Shown piece after piece: positions 1 to 8,867 of a DNA stretch of 27,816 nucleotides (its first letter is position 1; the number at the start of each line of letters is the position of its first letter). This DNA is from Chlamydiota bacterium (GTDB lineage Bacteria > Auribacterota > Tritonobacteria > UBA1439): NCBI GenBank assembly GCA_037133055.1, contig JBAXOY010000029.1:1-27816 (forward strand), read 5' to 3'. The notes below the pieces were generated by a model. It saw only the letters and a program-made list of their open reading frames with translations. It had not been told where the DNA came from and made no database searches. Position numbers and translations under genes: made by a program.

Positions 1-1
1 C

Positions 2-631
2 GGCGCGTGCAGGCTGTGCATGGTGGAGATCGGATCGGGGGAGCGGTCGAAACTGGCGACCGCCTGCACCTATCCCGTCCGGGAGGGCTTGCGGGTGACC
101 ACGGACTCGGCGCGGGCGCTGAAGGCGCGGGCGCTCATCATCGAGCTTCTGCTGTCACGCTGCCCGGACTCCGAGGAACTGCAGGCGATTGCCCGCGGGC
201 TCGGCGTCGGGAAGTCACGGTTCCCGTCGGCCGACAAGAGCCGGAAATGCATCCTCTGCGGCCTGTGCGTCCGGGTCTGCGGGGAGCTGATCGGGGCCGC
301 CGCGATAGGGTTCATCCACCGGGGGACAAGGCGGGTCGTCGAGACGCCGTTCCGGAGCGCGTCGGACGCGTGCATCGGGTGCGGGGCGTGCGCCTTCGTC
401 TGCCCCACCGGCGCCGTCGCGATCGAGGACCGCGAGAAGAAGCGCGCGCTCGAGACCTGGCATACCGAGCTCGGGAGGGCGCGGTGCGCGGAGTGCGGAG
501 AGCATTTCGCCACCGTCGAGGCGCTCGACCGCGTGAAGAAGGCGCTGAAGCTGCCCGCGGACCTCCTCGCCCTCTGCGGCCGGTGCAGGCGGAAAAAGAC
601 GGGGAGGGAGCTCATCCCCGCGAAGGAATGA
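2..631 (+). CDS. Fe-S electron-transfer subunit (NuoG/HydA/FdhA N-terminal-like: 2Fe-2S plus 2x4Fe-4S), 5'-truncated by the window
   Basis: The frame is open from base 2 (GACRLCMVE...LATAC, 2Fe-2S motif). It has ferredoxin motifs CILCGLCVRVC and CIGCGACAFVCPTG and an extra C-terminal CAEC...CGRC. No catalytic H-cluster or Mo domain follows. Confidence 0.85.
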   Translation, partial: GACRLCMVEIGSGERSKLATACTYPVREGLRVTTDSARALKARALIIELLLSRCPDSEELQAIARGLGVGKSRFPSADKSRKCILCGLCVRVCGELIGAAAIGFIHRGTRRVVETPFRSASDACIGCGACAFVCPTGAVAIEDREKKRALETWHTELGRARCAECGEHFATVEALDRVKKALKLPADLLALCGRCRRKKTGRELIPAKE

Positions 632-760
632 GCGGCGGGGATTGTACTGCCCGCAGTGGGTCAGGTACGGCGGGATATTTTGGGACATCATTCCTGCCCT
701 TCGGCTGCGTTGAGGGAAAATTCGAGCTGGCATTCAGCATTACACGCTTCAACGCCGGGA

Positions 761-895
761 CGCAGATGAACGCAGATCGTCAGGATGGACGCAGATACAA
801 AAAATCAAAAGTTGAAAGTGACACGTTGAATTACATAGCGGAAGAAAAAGAAGCAGTTGTATCCTGACTATCCTGACGATCTGCGTTCATCTGCG
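761..895. repeat. Perfect 26-bp inverted repeat flanking an 83-bp A-rich spacer
   Basis: cgcagatgaacgcagatcgtcaggat (761-786) and its exact reverse complement atcctgacgatctgcgttcatctgcg (870-895). Confidence 0.9.
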
Positions 896-1006
896 GGCTA
901 CGTTAAAGCTGGATCCAGGGATTCCGGTGATTTTGCTTTTTCTCCGGGCGTCTTTGTGGCAGGATGAGAGGTTTTTCAGCCGGGAAAACGGCGCGGAAGG
1001 AACATC

Positions 1007-3196
1007 ATGTCGAAGAGCATAGCCACCGCGGCGATACGGGGAGCCCATACGATCTGCCGCCGGGCGGACGAGCTGCTGCACGCGGCCGCCGCCGGGCGCG
1101 GGGAATCCGCCGCCTGCTCCCTGCCCGACACCGCGTACCATCTCCCCGTCACCTACGCCATGCTGGGGCTGAAGGTCCAGACGCTCGGCGACATGAAGAA
1201 GTCGCTCGCCCGCGCGAAGGAGCTCCTCCCCGAGATACCGACCGACAGGCTCTGGCTCCCCTATCTCGGCGACGCGCTCGACGCGGGGATGGCGACGCTC
1301 TTCGCGGAGGAGATCATAGAGGCCCTGAAGTATCTCGAGGGGCCCTCCCCCGCCGGGGGGATCTGGCTCGGGGCGACGTCCGACGCGATACTCCGTACCC
1401 AGGGGATCAAGCTCGTCGACGGCCGCATGCCGGGCTTCGCCGCGTGCGTGGGCGCACTCCCGACGGTGGAGAAGGCCGTGAAGCTCGCGCGCGACCTCCA
1501 GGAGCGCAACATTTTGGTCTTCATGGCGGGGAGCACGAACGGCGTGAGCATGGCGGAGCAGCTCGCCGAGGCGGGCGTCGAGATGAGCTGGGACACCTTC
1601 CTCGTCCCCTACGGCAAGGACATCACCGCGGCCGTCCTCGCCCTCGGCTTCGCGGCGCGCTCCGCGATGACCTTCGGGGGGCTCCAGCCGGGGGGAATGG
1701 AGGAGGCGCGCAGGATCCTGCTCTACAACAAGGAGCGGGTCAACGCCTTCGTCCTCGCGCTCGGCGAGGTGGACGACGAGAAGTACGCGACCGCCGCCGG
1801 GGCCCTCAACTTCGGCTTCCCCGTCATCGCCGACACCGAGATACCCCAGATCCTCCCGAGCGGCATCTGCACCTACGAGCACGTCGTCTCCAACATCCCC
1901 CACGAGGCCATCGCGCAGAAGGCGATCGACGTGCGGGGCTTGAAGATCAAGATCACGAAGATCGACATCCCGGTCATGTACGGGCCCGCCTTCGAGGGCG
2001 AGCGGGTGCGGAAGGGGAACATCGGCGCCGAGTTCGGCGGCAAGCACGCCCCCGCCTTCGAGTTCCTGAAGAGCGGCGAGCTTGAGGAGATCGAGGACGG
2101 CAGGATCGAGCTGGTCGGCCCCGACATCGGAGACGTCCCGGAGGGGACCATACTGCCCCTCGCCATCGTCGTGCAGGTGGCGGGGCGGAAGATGCAGAAG
2201 GATTTCGAGTCGATACTCGAGCGCCACATCCACTCGTTCCTCTCCGAGGCGATGGGCGTCATGCACATCGGGCAGCGCGACGTCCTGTGGCTCAGGGTCA
2301 GCACGGACGCCGCGAAGGCCGGCTTCAGGATGCGGCACCTCGGGGTGATCCTCAGGAGCAAGATGCTGAACGACTTCCCCGCGATCGTCGACAAGGTGCA
2401 GGTCACCCTCTACACGGAGAAGGACAGGGTCGAGGCGCTCCAGCCGGAGGCGAAGGCCGCCTACCAGGAGCGCGACCGCAGGATGGGGGCGATGACCGAC
2501 GAGTCCGTGGACACCTTCTACTCGTGCCAGCTCTGCCAGTCGTACGCGCCGAACCACATCTGCATCATCACCCCCGAGCGGCTCGGTCTCTGCGGCGCCT
2601 ACAACTGGCTCGACGGCAAGGCCGCGCACCAGATCAACCCGACCGGCGCCAACCAACCGGTGGAAAAGGGCGGGACGATCGACGCCGACAAGGGGAAGTG
2701 GTAGGGGATCAACAGCTTCGTCTACGAGCGGTCGAATAAGGCGATCGCGAGCTTCAGCGCCTACTCGGCCCTTGACGACCCGATGACCTCCTGCGGCTGC
2801 TTCGAGTGCATCGTCGCGATCCTCCCGGACACGAACGGCTTCATGATCGTCAACCGCGAGCACTCCGGGCAGACCCCCTCGGGGATGACCTTCTCCGCGC
2901 TCGCCGAGGCGGTCGGCGGGGGCCAGCAGACCCCGGGCTTCGTGGGGATCGGCACCCGCTACATCCTGAGCAAGAAGTTCCTCACCGCCGACGGGGGCCT
3001 GAAGCGGATCGTCTGGATGACGAAGGAGATCAAGGAGCGGCTCGCGGCCGAGCTTACGTCGCGCTGCGAGGAGATCGGCGAGAAGGGCCTCGTGGACAGG
3101 ATCGCCGACGAGACCGTCACGACCGACGGCGACGCGCTCCTCGAGTATCTCCGGAAGGTGAAGCACCCGGCGCTTGAGATGCCGCCGCTCTTGTAG
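1007..3196 (+). CDS. acsB: Acetyl-CoA synthase (bacterial-type AcsB) with an in-frame TAG at 2702-2704 (readthrough, nonsense allele or sequence error)
   Basis: Motifs LPDTAYHLP, WLPYLGDALDAG, LVDGRMPGFAA, FEGERVRK, FYSCQLCQSYAPNHICIITPERLGLCG. After the TAG the same frame reads GINSFVYERSN...DDPMTSCGCFECI...GGGQQTPGF...HPALEMPPLL. Total is 729 codons plus stop. RBS AAGGA upstream. Confidence 0.95.
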
Positions 3197-3199
3197 GTG

Positions 3200-3227
3200 G
3201 TAGCCGGGCCTTCAGGCCCGGGTTTTT
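3200..3227 (+). repeat. GTAG-type REP-like palindrome, possibly also a terminator-like hairpin, between acsB and acsD
   Basis: GTAG-ccgggcct-tc-aggcccgg followed by gttttt. Similar elements occur at 8590, 15015, 18699 and 23208. Confidence 0.6.
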
Positions 3228-3240
3228 CACAGGGCAAAAA

Positions 3241-4197
3241 ATGACAGACCAGATCCCCACGTCAGCCGTTCGCCGCGTCCGCATCGGCAACACCGCCGCC
3301 CAGGGCGGCACACGCGCCTTCTCCGTCGAGGTGGGCGGCGAGACCTGCCTGCCGTTCCTCCATTTCGAGGGGGAGATGCCGCTCCGGCCCGTGATCGCGT
3401 GGGAGATCCCGGACGTCCGCCCCGACGACTGGGTCGAGACGGTGCGCGAGCCGTACGCCGCGGTGCTCGACGACCCGGCCGCGTGGGCGCGCCTCGCGGC
3501 GGAGAAGATGGGGGCGCGCCTCCTCTGCCTCGACCTCCGCGGCACGAACCCCGACAAGCAGAACCGCACCGCGGCGGAGGCGGCGGCGCTCGTGAAGAAG
3601 GTCCTCGCTGAGGTCAATGTCCCCCTCATCGTCAAGAGGCCCGGCCCGGGGGAGAAGGGGAACGAGGTCCTCACAGCCTGCGCGGAGGCCGCCCAGGGCG
3701 AGCGCGTGCTCCTCGCCTCGGCCGTCGAGGACGACTACAAGACGCTCGTCGCGGCGGCGATCGCTTACGGGCACACGGTGGTCGCCGAAACGCCGATCGA
3801 CGTGAACCTCTGCAAGCAGTTGAACATCCTCATCTCGGACCTCCACTTCCCGCCGGAGGGGATCGTCATCGACCCGCTCACCGGCGGCCTCGGGTACGGC
3901 CTCGAGTACACCTACTCGGTGATGGAGCGGATACGCATCCAGGCGCTCGGCGGCGACGCGATGACCCAGATGCCGTTCATCTCCTTCGTCGGCCAGGAGG
4001 TCTGGAAGACGAAGGAGGTCAAGGTCCCCGTCGAGAAGGAGCCGCGCTGGGGCGACCGGACGAAGCGGGGCGTCCTCTGGGAGATCGCGACCGCGGTCTC
4101 GCTCCTCCACGCGGGGGCGGACATCCTGGTCATGCGCCACCCGGAGGCGATCGCCGCCGTGGAGAAGACCATCGACGGGCTGATGAAAAAAGGATAG
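3241..4197 (+). CDS. acsD: Corrinoid iron-sulfur protein small subunit (AcsD/CdhD)
   Basis: Motifs VGGETCLPFLHFEG, ETPIDVNLCKQLN, IDPLTGGLGYGLEYTYSVMERIR, GADILVMRHP. Lies between acsB and acsC. Confidence 0.95.
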   Translation: MTDQIPTSAVRRVRIGNTAAQGGTRAFSVEVGGETCLPFLHFEGEMPLRPVIAWEIPDVRPDDWVETVREPYAAVLDDPAAWARLAAEKMGARLLCLDLRGTNPDKQNRTAAEAAALVKKVLAEVNVPLIVKRPGPGEKGNEVLTACAEAAQGERVLLASAVEDDYKTLVAAAIAYGHTVVAETPIDVNLCKQLNILISDLHFPPEGIVIDPLTGGLGYGLEYTYSVMERIRIQALGGDAMTQMPFISFVGQEVWKTKEVKVPVEKEPRWGDRTKRGVLWEIATAVSLLHAGADILVMRHPEAIAAVEKTIDGLMKKG

Positions 4198-4249
4198 ACC
4201 CCTTTCCCCGAACAACGAGAAACGAGAAATTGTCTTTACGGCGGCACAC

Positions 4250-5596
4250 ATGAAACTGACCGGACTGCAGATATTCAAGCTCCTCCCGAACAAGAACTGC
4301 AAGGAGTGCGGCTTCCAGACCTGCCTCGCCTTCGCGATGAAGCTCGCCGGGAAGCAGGCGAAGCTCGACGCCTGCCCGCACGTCTCCGACGAGGCGAAGG
4401 AGAAGCTCGGCGCCGCGTCCGTCCCGCCCATACGCCTCGTGAAGATCGGCGCGGGGGAGCGCGAGGTCCTGATCGGCGAGGAGCTCGTGCTGTTCCGGCA
4501 CGAGAAGACCTTCTACCACAAGACCGCCCTCGCGGCGCAGGTGGACGACGGAATGGATGCCGTGACGCTCGCCGCCCGCGCCGGGGCCGCCTCGTCCTTC
4601 TCCGTCGACCGCGCGGGGGAAACGCTCCGCCTGGACCTCATCGCGGTGAAGGAGACGGCCGGCGACCCGCAGAAGTTCGCCGCGGCCGTCCGTTCCGTGA
4701 AGGCGTCGTCGCCGCTTCCCCTCATCCTCGTCTCGAAAAACCCGGAGTGCCTCAGGGCCGCGATCGAGGCCGTGAAGGACTCACGCCCCCTCGTCTGGGG
4801 CGCCGACGCGGGGAACGTCGAGAAGGTCGCCGCGGTCGCGAAGGAGTTCTCCGTCCCCCTTGTCGTCGAGAGCGGCGACGGCATCGACGCGCTCGCCGCG
4901 CTCGCCGTGAAGGCCGCCGAGGCGGGGGTCGAGGATATCGTCCTGGCGCCCCTCTCGAACAGCCCCGCCGCGCGGCTGGGTGATTTCACCCAGCTCCGCC
5001 GCAGGGCGCTCGCCCGCACCTTCAAGGGAACGGGCTACCCGCTCGTCATGGCGGCGGGCGGAAGCGGGTATGAAGGCGCCGCGGCGGCGGTCGCGGGCAC
5101 CTGCAAGTACGCCTCCGTGGTCGTCCTTGAAAACCCTGAGGCGTGGGAGTTCTTGCCCCTCCTCACCCTGCGGCAGAACATCTACACCGACCCGCAGAAG
5201 CCGCTCCAGGTCGACCCGGGGGTCTACAAGATCGGCGAGGCCGGGGACGACTCGCCCCTCCTCGTCACCACGAATTTTTCCCTGACCTACTTCATGGTCT
5301 CGACCGAGATCGAGGCGTCGGAGATCCCCGCGAGGCTCCTCATCGCCGAGGCCGAGGGGCAGTCGGTCCTCACCGCGTGGGCGGCGGGGAAGTTCAACGC
5401 CGACGTGATCGCGAAGGCGGTCGTGGCGCAGGGGCTCGACAAGACCGTCACCCACAAGCGCATCATCATCCCCGGCTACGTCGCGATGATAAGCGGCGAC
5501 CTCGAGGACAAGCTCCCGGGCTGGAACGTCATGGTCGGCCCGCAGGAATCCTCCGACATCCCCTCCTACATGAAAGACGTGTGGGCGAAGGCCTGA
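4250..5596 (+). CDS. acsC: Corrinoid iron-sulfur protein large subunit (AcsC/CdhE)
   Basis: N-terminal LTGLQIFKLLPNKNCKECGFQTCLAFA...CP 4Fe-4S motif, plus LFRHEKTF, LRQNIYTDPQKP, TTNFSLTYF, SVLTAWAAGKF and IIIPGY. Confidence 0.96.
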   Translation: MKLTGLQIFKLLPNKNCKECGFQTCLAFAMKLAGKQAKLDACPHVSDEAKEKLGAASVPPIRLVKIGAGEREVLIGEELVLFRHEKTFYHKTALAAQVDDGMDAVTLAARAGAASSFSVDRAGETLRLDLIAVKETAGDPQKFAAAVRSVKASSPLPLILVSKNPECLRAAIEAVKDSRPLVWGADAGNVEKVAAVAKEFSVPLVVESGDGIDALAALAVKAAEAGVEDIVLAPLSNSPAARLGDFTQLRRRALARTFKGTGYPLVMAAGGSGYEGAAAAVAGTCKYASVVVLENPEAWEFLPLLTLRQNIYTDPQKPLQVDPGVYKIGEAGDDSPLLVTTNFSLTYFMVSTEIEASEIPARLLIAEAEGQSVLTAWAAGKFNADVIAKAVVAQGLDKTVTHKRIIIPGYVAMISGDLEDKLPGWNVMVGPQESSDIPSYMKDVWAKA

Positions 5597-5660
5597 GTCG
5601 CCCCGATCCGTCGTTGTCGCAGGGCATATCTGAATGTGCCCTGCGGTGATGGAGATCCGG

Positions 5661-7535
5661 TTGAACACGCACAAGGTCAAATTCCTCCCCTCCGGGCGCG
5701 AGGCGCTCGTCAACGAGGGCTCGACCATCTACGACGCCGCCCTCGCCCTCGGCCTCCCCCTCAGAGTCGAGTGCGGGGGAAAAGGCACCTGCGGCCGGTG
5801 CGTCGTGAAGATCGAGGCGGGTCCCTGCGCCCCGACTCCTCACGCCTCGATTGCCCCCGACAAAGAGAAAAAGGGCTACCGCCTCGCCTGCCGGGCCGCC
5901 GTCGCCGGCGATCTCGTGCTCTATCTCCCCGAGGAATCCACCCTCCCCGCGTATGACATAGATTTCGAAACGGTCGTGCTCTCCGAGGACGACGCGAAGC
6001 GGCGCAAGGCCCTCGACGGCCTCATCGTATCGCCCGTCGTCGAGCGCCGCACGCTCGACCTCCCGCGCCCGAGCCTCGAGGACAACCTCGGCGATTTCGA
6101 GCGCCTCGCGCGCGGGCTTAAAATCCCGGGGCTGACGGGCGGGCCGCGCTGCGCCCTCGACCTCCTGAAGAAGATACCCGCGGCCCTTCGCGATTCCTGC
6201 TGGCGCGTGGACGTCACGGTCGCCGATCCGGGCGGGCGGCCGGAGATCACCGCCGTCGGCCCGGCGGGCGGCGCCCCGCCCGTCGGCCTCGCGCTCGACC
6301 TCGGGACCACCACGGTCGTCGGCGAGCTCGTGGATCTCGCAACCGGCGCGTGCATCCGCAGGGCCGCCGCCTACAACCGGCAGATCTCCTGCGGCACCGA
6401 CATCATCAGCCGCATCATCGCCGCCGGGAGACCGGGGGGGAGGGACCTCCTCCGCGGCCTCGCCCTCGAGACGATCGGCAGGATCGTCGAGCGCCTCCTC
6501 GCGCACGCGGGGCTCAACGCCGAAGCCGTGGCCGCGGCGGCCGTCGCGGGGAACACCACGATGGTCCACCTGCTCCTCGGCCTCGACGCGGAGCAGATCC
6601 GCCTCGAGCCGTATATCCCCGCCGTCAACCGCCCGCCGGTCCTCCGCGCCGCGGACGCGGGGCTCCCGATCAATCCCTCGGCCCCGTTGATCTTCGCGCC
6701 GGGGATCGGGAGCTATGTCGGGGGGGACGTCCTCGCCGGAGTCCTCGCCTGCGGGATGGGCCGATCCGAGGCGCTCACGCTCTTCATCGACGCCGGGACG
6801 AACGGCGAGATCGTCCTCGGGAACAGGGACTGGATGATGGGCTGCGCCTGCTCGACCGGGCCCGCCTTCGAGGGGATCGGGATCGCCTGCGGGATGATGG
6901 CGGCGCCCGGCGCGGTCGAGGCGGTCGCATTGGAGACGCCCGGCGCGCAGCCCTCCCTCACGACGATCTCCTGCGCCCCGCCGCGCGGCATCTGCGGCTC
7001 GGGCATGATCGACCTGATGGCCTGCCTGTTCCGGCACGGCATCCTCGACCGGAAGGGGATCCTCAACCCGCAGTCGGCCTGCCCCCGAATCGAAGAGCGG
7101 GGAGGCCACCCGGCGTACCTGGTGAGGAAAAAGGGCGAGGACGGAGCGGCGAAGGAGATCTACCTGACCGGCGTCGACCTCAAGAAGCTCCTCCTCACGA
7201 AAGCGGCGATCCAGGCCGCGATCCGCACCATGCTCGCCGAGGCCGACCTCGACACGCGGGACATCGCGCGCGTCGTCATCGCGGGGCGGCTCGGCGAGGC
7301 GATCGACGCGGCGAACGCGATCGCGATCGGCATGCTCCCCGCGCTGCCCCTCGAGCGGTTCGAGTACGTGGGGAACGGCTCGCTCTGGGGCGCGAACCTA
7401 ATCCTCCTCTCGCGGCCCGCGCGGGAGGAGATCCGCCTGCTCGCCGACCGGATCACCTACCTCGACCTGAGCACCCACCCCTCCTACATGGAGCAGTTCG
7501 TCGCCTCCCTCTTCATCCCGCACACGGACAGTTAG
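5661..7535 (+). CDS. acsV: Corrinoid reductive activator, RACo/AcsV type (2Fe-2S ferredoxin plus ASKHA ATPase)
   Basis: Motifs ECGGKGTCGRC...RLAC, LDLGTTTV, GNTTMVHL, YVGGD, DAGTNGE, GPAFEG, GICGSG and C-terminal FIPHTD. The start is uncertain: TTG 5661 follows GGAG, with alternative ATGs at 5634 and 5649. Confidence 0.9.
   Translation: MNTHKVKFLPSGREALVNEGSTIYDAALALGLPLRVECGGKGTCGRCVVKIEAGPCAPTPHASIAPDKEKKGYRLACRAAVAGDLVLYLPEESTLPAYDIDFETVVLSEDDAKRRKALDGLIVSPVVERRTLDLPRPSLEDNLGDFERLARGLKIPGLTGGPRCALDLLKKIPAALRDSCWRVDVTVADPGGRPEITAVGPAGGAPPVGLALDLGTTTVVGELVDLATGACIRRAAAYNRQISCGTDIISRIIAAGRPGGRDLLRGLALETIGRIVERLLAHAGLNAEAVAAAAVAGNTTMVHLLLGLDAEQIRLEPYIPAVNRPPVLRAADAGLPINPSAPLIFAPGIGSYVGGDVLAGVLACGMGRSEALTLFIDAGTNGEIVLGNRDWMMGCACSTGPAFEGIGIACGMMAAPGAVEAVALETPGAQPSLTTISCAPPRGICGSGMIDLMACLFRHGILDRKGILNPQSACPRIEERGGHPAYLVRKKGEDGAAKEIYLTGVDLKKLLLTKAAIQAAIRTMLAEADLDTRDIARVVIAGRLGEAIDAANAIAIGMLPALPLERFEYVGNGSLWGANLILLSRPAREEIRLLADRITYLDLSTHPSYMEQFVASLFIPHTDS
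7452..7528 (+). repeat. 77-bp direct repeat, copy 1 (3' end of acsV)
   Basis: Matches 8861-8937 at 73 of 77 positions by manual alignment. Confidence 0.92.
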
Positions 7536-7585
7536 CAGAAAGTTTCCAGCGCATCACACGCCCCATTTCGGCCTTGACGATGGGG

Positions 7586-7617
7586 CAATCTTACGTAACT
7601 ATGCGTACGTAAGATTG
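7586..7617. promoter_or_regulatory. Perfect 12-bp inverted repeat, likely operator of the downstream RHH gene
   Basis: caatcttacgta-N8-tacgtaagattg. It lies between a TTGACG -35-like hexamer (7574-7579) and the GGAGG RBS (7617-7621). Confidence 0.7.
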
Positions 7618-7626
7618 GAGGTCCCG

Positions 7627-7890
7627 ATGGACAAGGTTATTTCAGCCCGCGTCGACGAGTCGGTCGTCGAGCGCATCACCGGCCTCGCCCGGCAGCTTCG
7701 CACGTCGAAAAAGAGCGTCATCGAGCAGGCGATCACGGCGTTCGCCGCGAGGATGGAGGCCGAAGGCCACGGCGACATATTCAAGCTCACCTCCGGGGCG
7801 TGGCGCAGGTCGGAATCGCCGGCCCGGACCGTCCACAAGACCCGCGCGGCATTCCGAAAATGGAGCAGGCGTGAGTCTGCGCACCTCTGA
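7627..7890 (+). CDS. Ribbon-helix-helix (CopG-like) DNA-binding protein, antitoxin-like
   Basis: MDKVISARVDESVVERITGLARQLRTSKKSVIEQAI fits the beta-strand/helix/helix RHH pattern. Strong RBS and an upstream operator. Confidence 0.7.
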   Translation: MDKVISARVDESVVERITGLARQLRTSKKSVIEQAITAFAARMEAEGHGDIFKLTSGAWRRSESPARTVHKTRAAFRKWSRRESAHL

Positions 7891-7927
7891 CATTTGCGAC
7901 TCCGTTCCGCCGAAGGGAGACAGGGAA

Positions 7928-8185
7928 ATGGGAGACTACAATCCTCGCTTGCAACGCGCATATTTAGATATCGTTGAAAATCAGATCAAGGCCAACGATC
8001 CGCCGCAGACGCGTGAGACGCTCGATCGTCTCATGGCGGAAGGCATTTCAGAATCCGACGCGAAACTCCACATCGCCGGGGCGATGTGTTATGAGACCTG
8101 GGATATCATGAAAAATAAGAGCACTTTCAATCAGCAGCGATATCTTCGCAACCTCAAGAACCTTCCTCGCGAGCCCGAGATATAG
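7928..8185 (+). CDS. Small helical hypothetical protein
   Basis: 85-aa ORF (NPRLQRAYLDIVENQIKANDPPQTRETLDRLMAEGISE...) with a purine-rich RBS. It resembles a conserved hypothetical family from memory; function unknown. Confidence 0.6.
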   Translation: MGDYNPRLQRAYLDIVENQIKANDPPQTRETLDRLMAEGISESDAKLHIAGAMCYETWDIMKNKSTFNQQRYLRNLKNLPREPEI

Positions 8186-8589
8186 TATTCGAACGACGGA
8201 GAATGCCGAGTCACAACAGGACGGCAGTGCCGCCTTTGAAAACGAACGGAATCCCGGCATCGGCAAAACGACCAAGAAGTTCAAATATATGATAAAGAGA
8301 GGTTGAAGAACCACCGTGGTACCGCTATAGGATTGGGTGATCACATCACATCTTGCAATCCAACAGGAGGTAACCCCGATGGTTACACGTGATAGTACGG
8401 GAAAATGAAGTGGAAAGAAAGAAATGCGACCAGCGTCCTAGACAGGGAGGGGTTATGCGAGGGGGGAAGATAATGAGGTAGTGTCCGTGTCAATTGGGTA
8501 TTATCACCTGCTCAATACTCTATTACGGTCCTAGCTTTCCTGCAATACGGATACCCGATATATTTTCCCTATTCTGGAACTGCTCTACA

Positions 8590-8612
8590 GGGGAGCCTGA
8601 AGGCCCCCCTAC
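8590..8612 (-). repeat. REP-like palindrome
   Basis: The reverse strand reads GTAG-ggggggccttcaggctcccc-like, an imperfect hairpin with a GTAG foot. Confidence 0.5.
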
Positions 8613-8649
8613 GGCACAGTGGTCACTAGTTCAGACAAGGAGTAAACGA

Positions 8650-8867
8650 GTGAGCAGGATATTCGTGACGGGGGTGCGGAGTTCGTGGGGGGGGGCTCTG
8701 TGCCGCCTGCTGAAGACGGGCGGGCACGAGGTGCTCGTCTACGACAACCCGTTCAACGGGCGGCGTGCGAACGTCGCCGGGTTCGACCTTGTCCATAGCG
8801 ACATCCGGGACGGGGCGCTCCTGAAATCCACGATCGAGGAATTCGCGCCCGAGGCGATCTATCACCT
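8650..8867 (+). pseudogene. N-terminal fragment of an NAD-dependent epimerase/dehydratase (GalE-like SDR)
   Basis: AAGGAG RBS and GTG start, reading SRIFVTG...LCRLLKTGGHEVLVYDN...SDIRD...PEAIYHL. The Rossmann GGxGFxG is visible only in a shifted frame across two G runs (GGAEFVG). Similarity ends at YHL, where the acsV copy begins. Confidence 0.75.

Noticed and set aside
2702..2735. Selenocysteine recoding at the acsB stop
   Set aside because: The codon is TAG rather than TGA, the aligned residue is not a Cys ligand, and the downstream hairpin is short and weak.
2783..3196. Independent 137-aa gene (naturally split acsB)
   Set aside because: It starts at the conserved internal Met of PMTSCGC with no RBS, and the 26 codons between the TAG and this ATG are still AcsB-like.
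887..7109. Long antisense and alternate-frame ORFs (e.g. 887-3166, 3262-4431, 5529-7109; likewise 13028-14953, 17159-18823, 26248-27792)
   Set aside because: These are shadow ORFs expected in high-GC coding DNA. They overlap well-supported genes and carry no recognisable motifs.
7592..7611. The two TACGTA sites as targets of the nearby methyltransferase
   Set aside because: They are more simply explained as part of the 12-bp inverted-repeat operator of the adjacent RHH gene.
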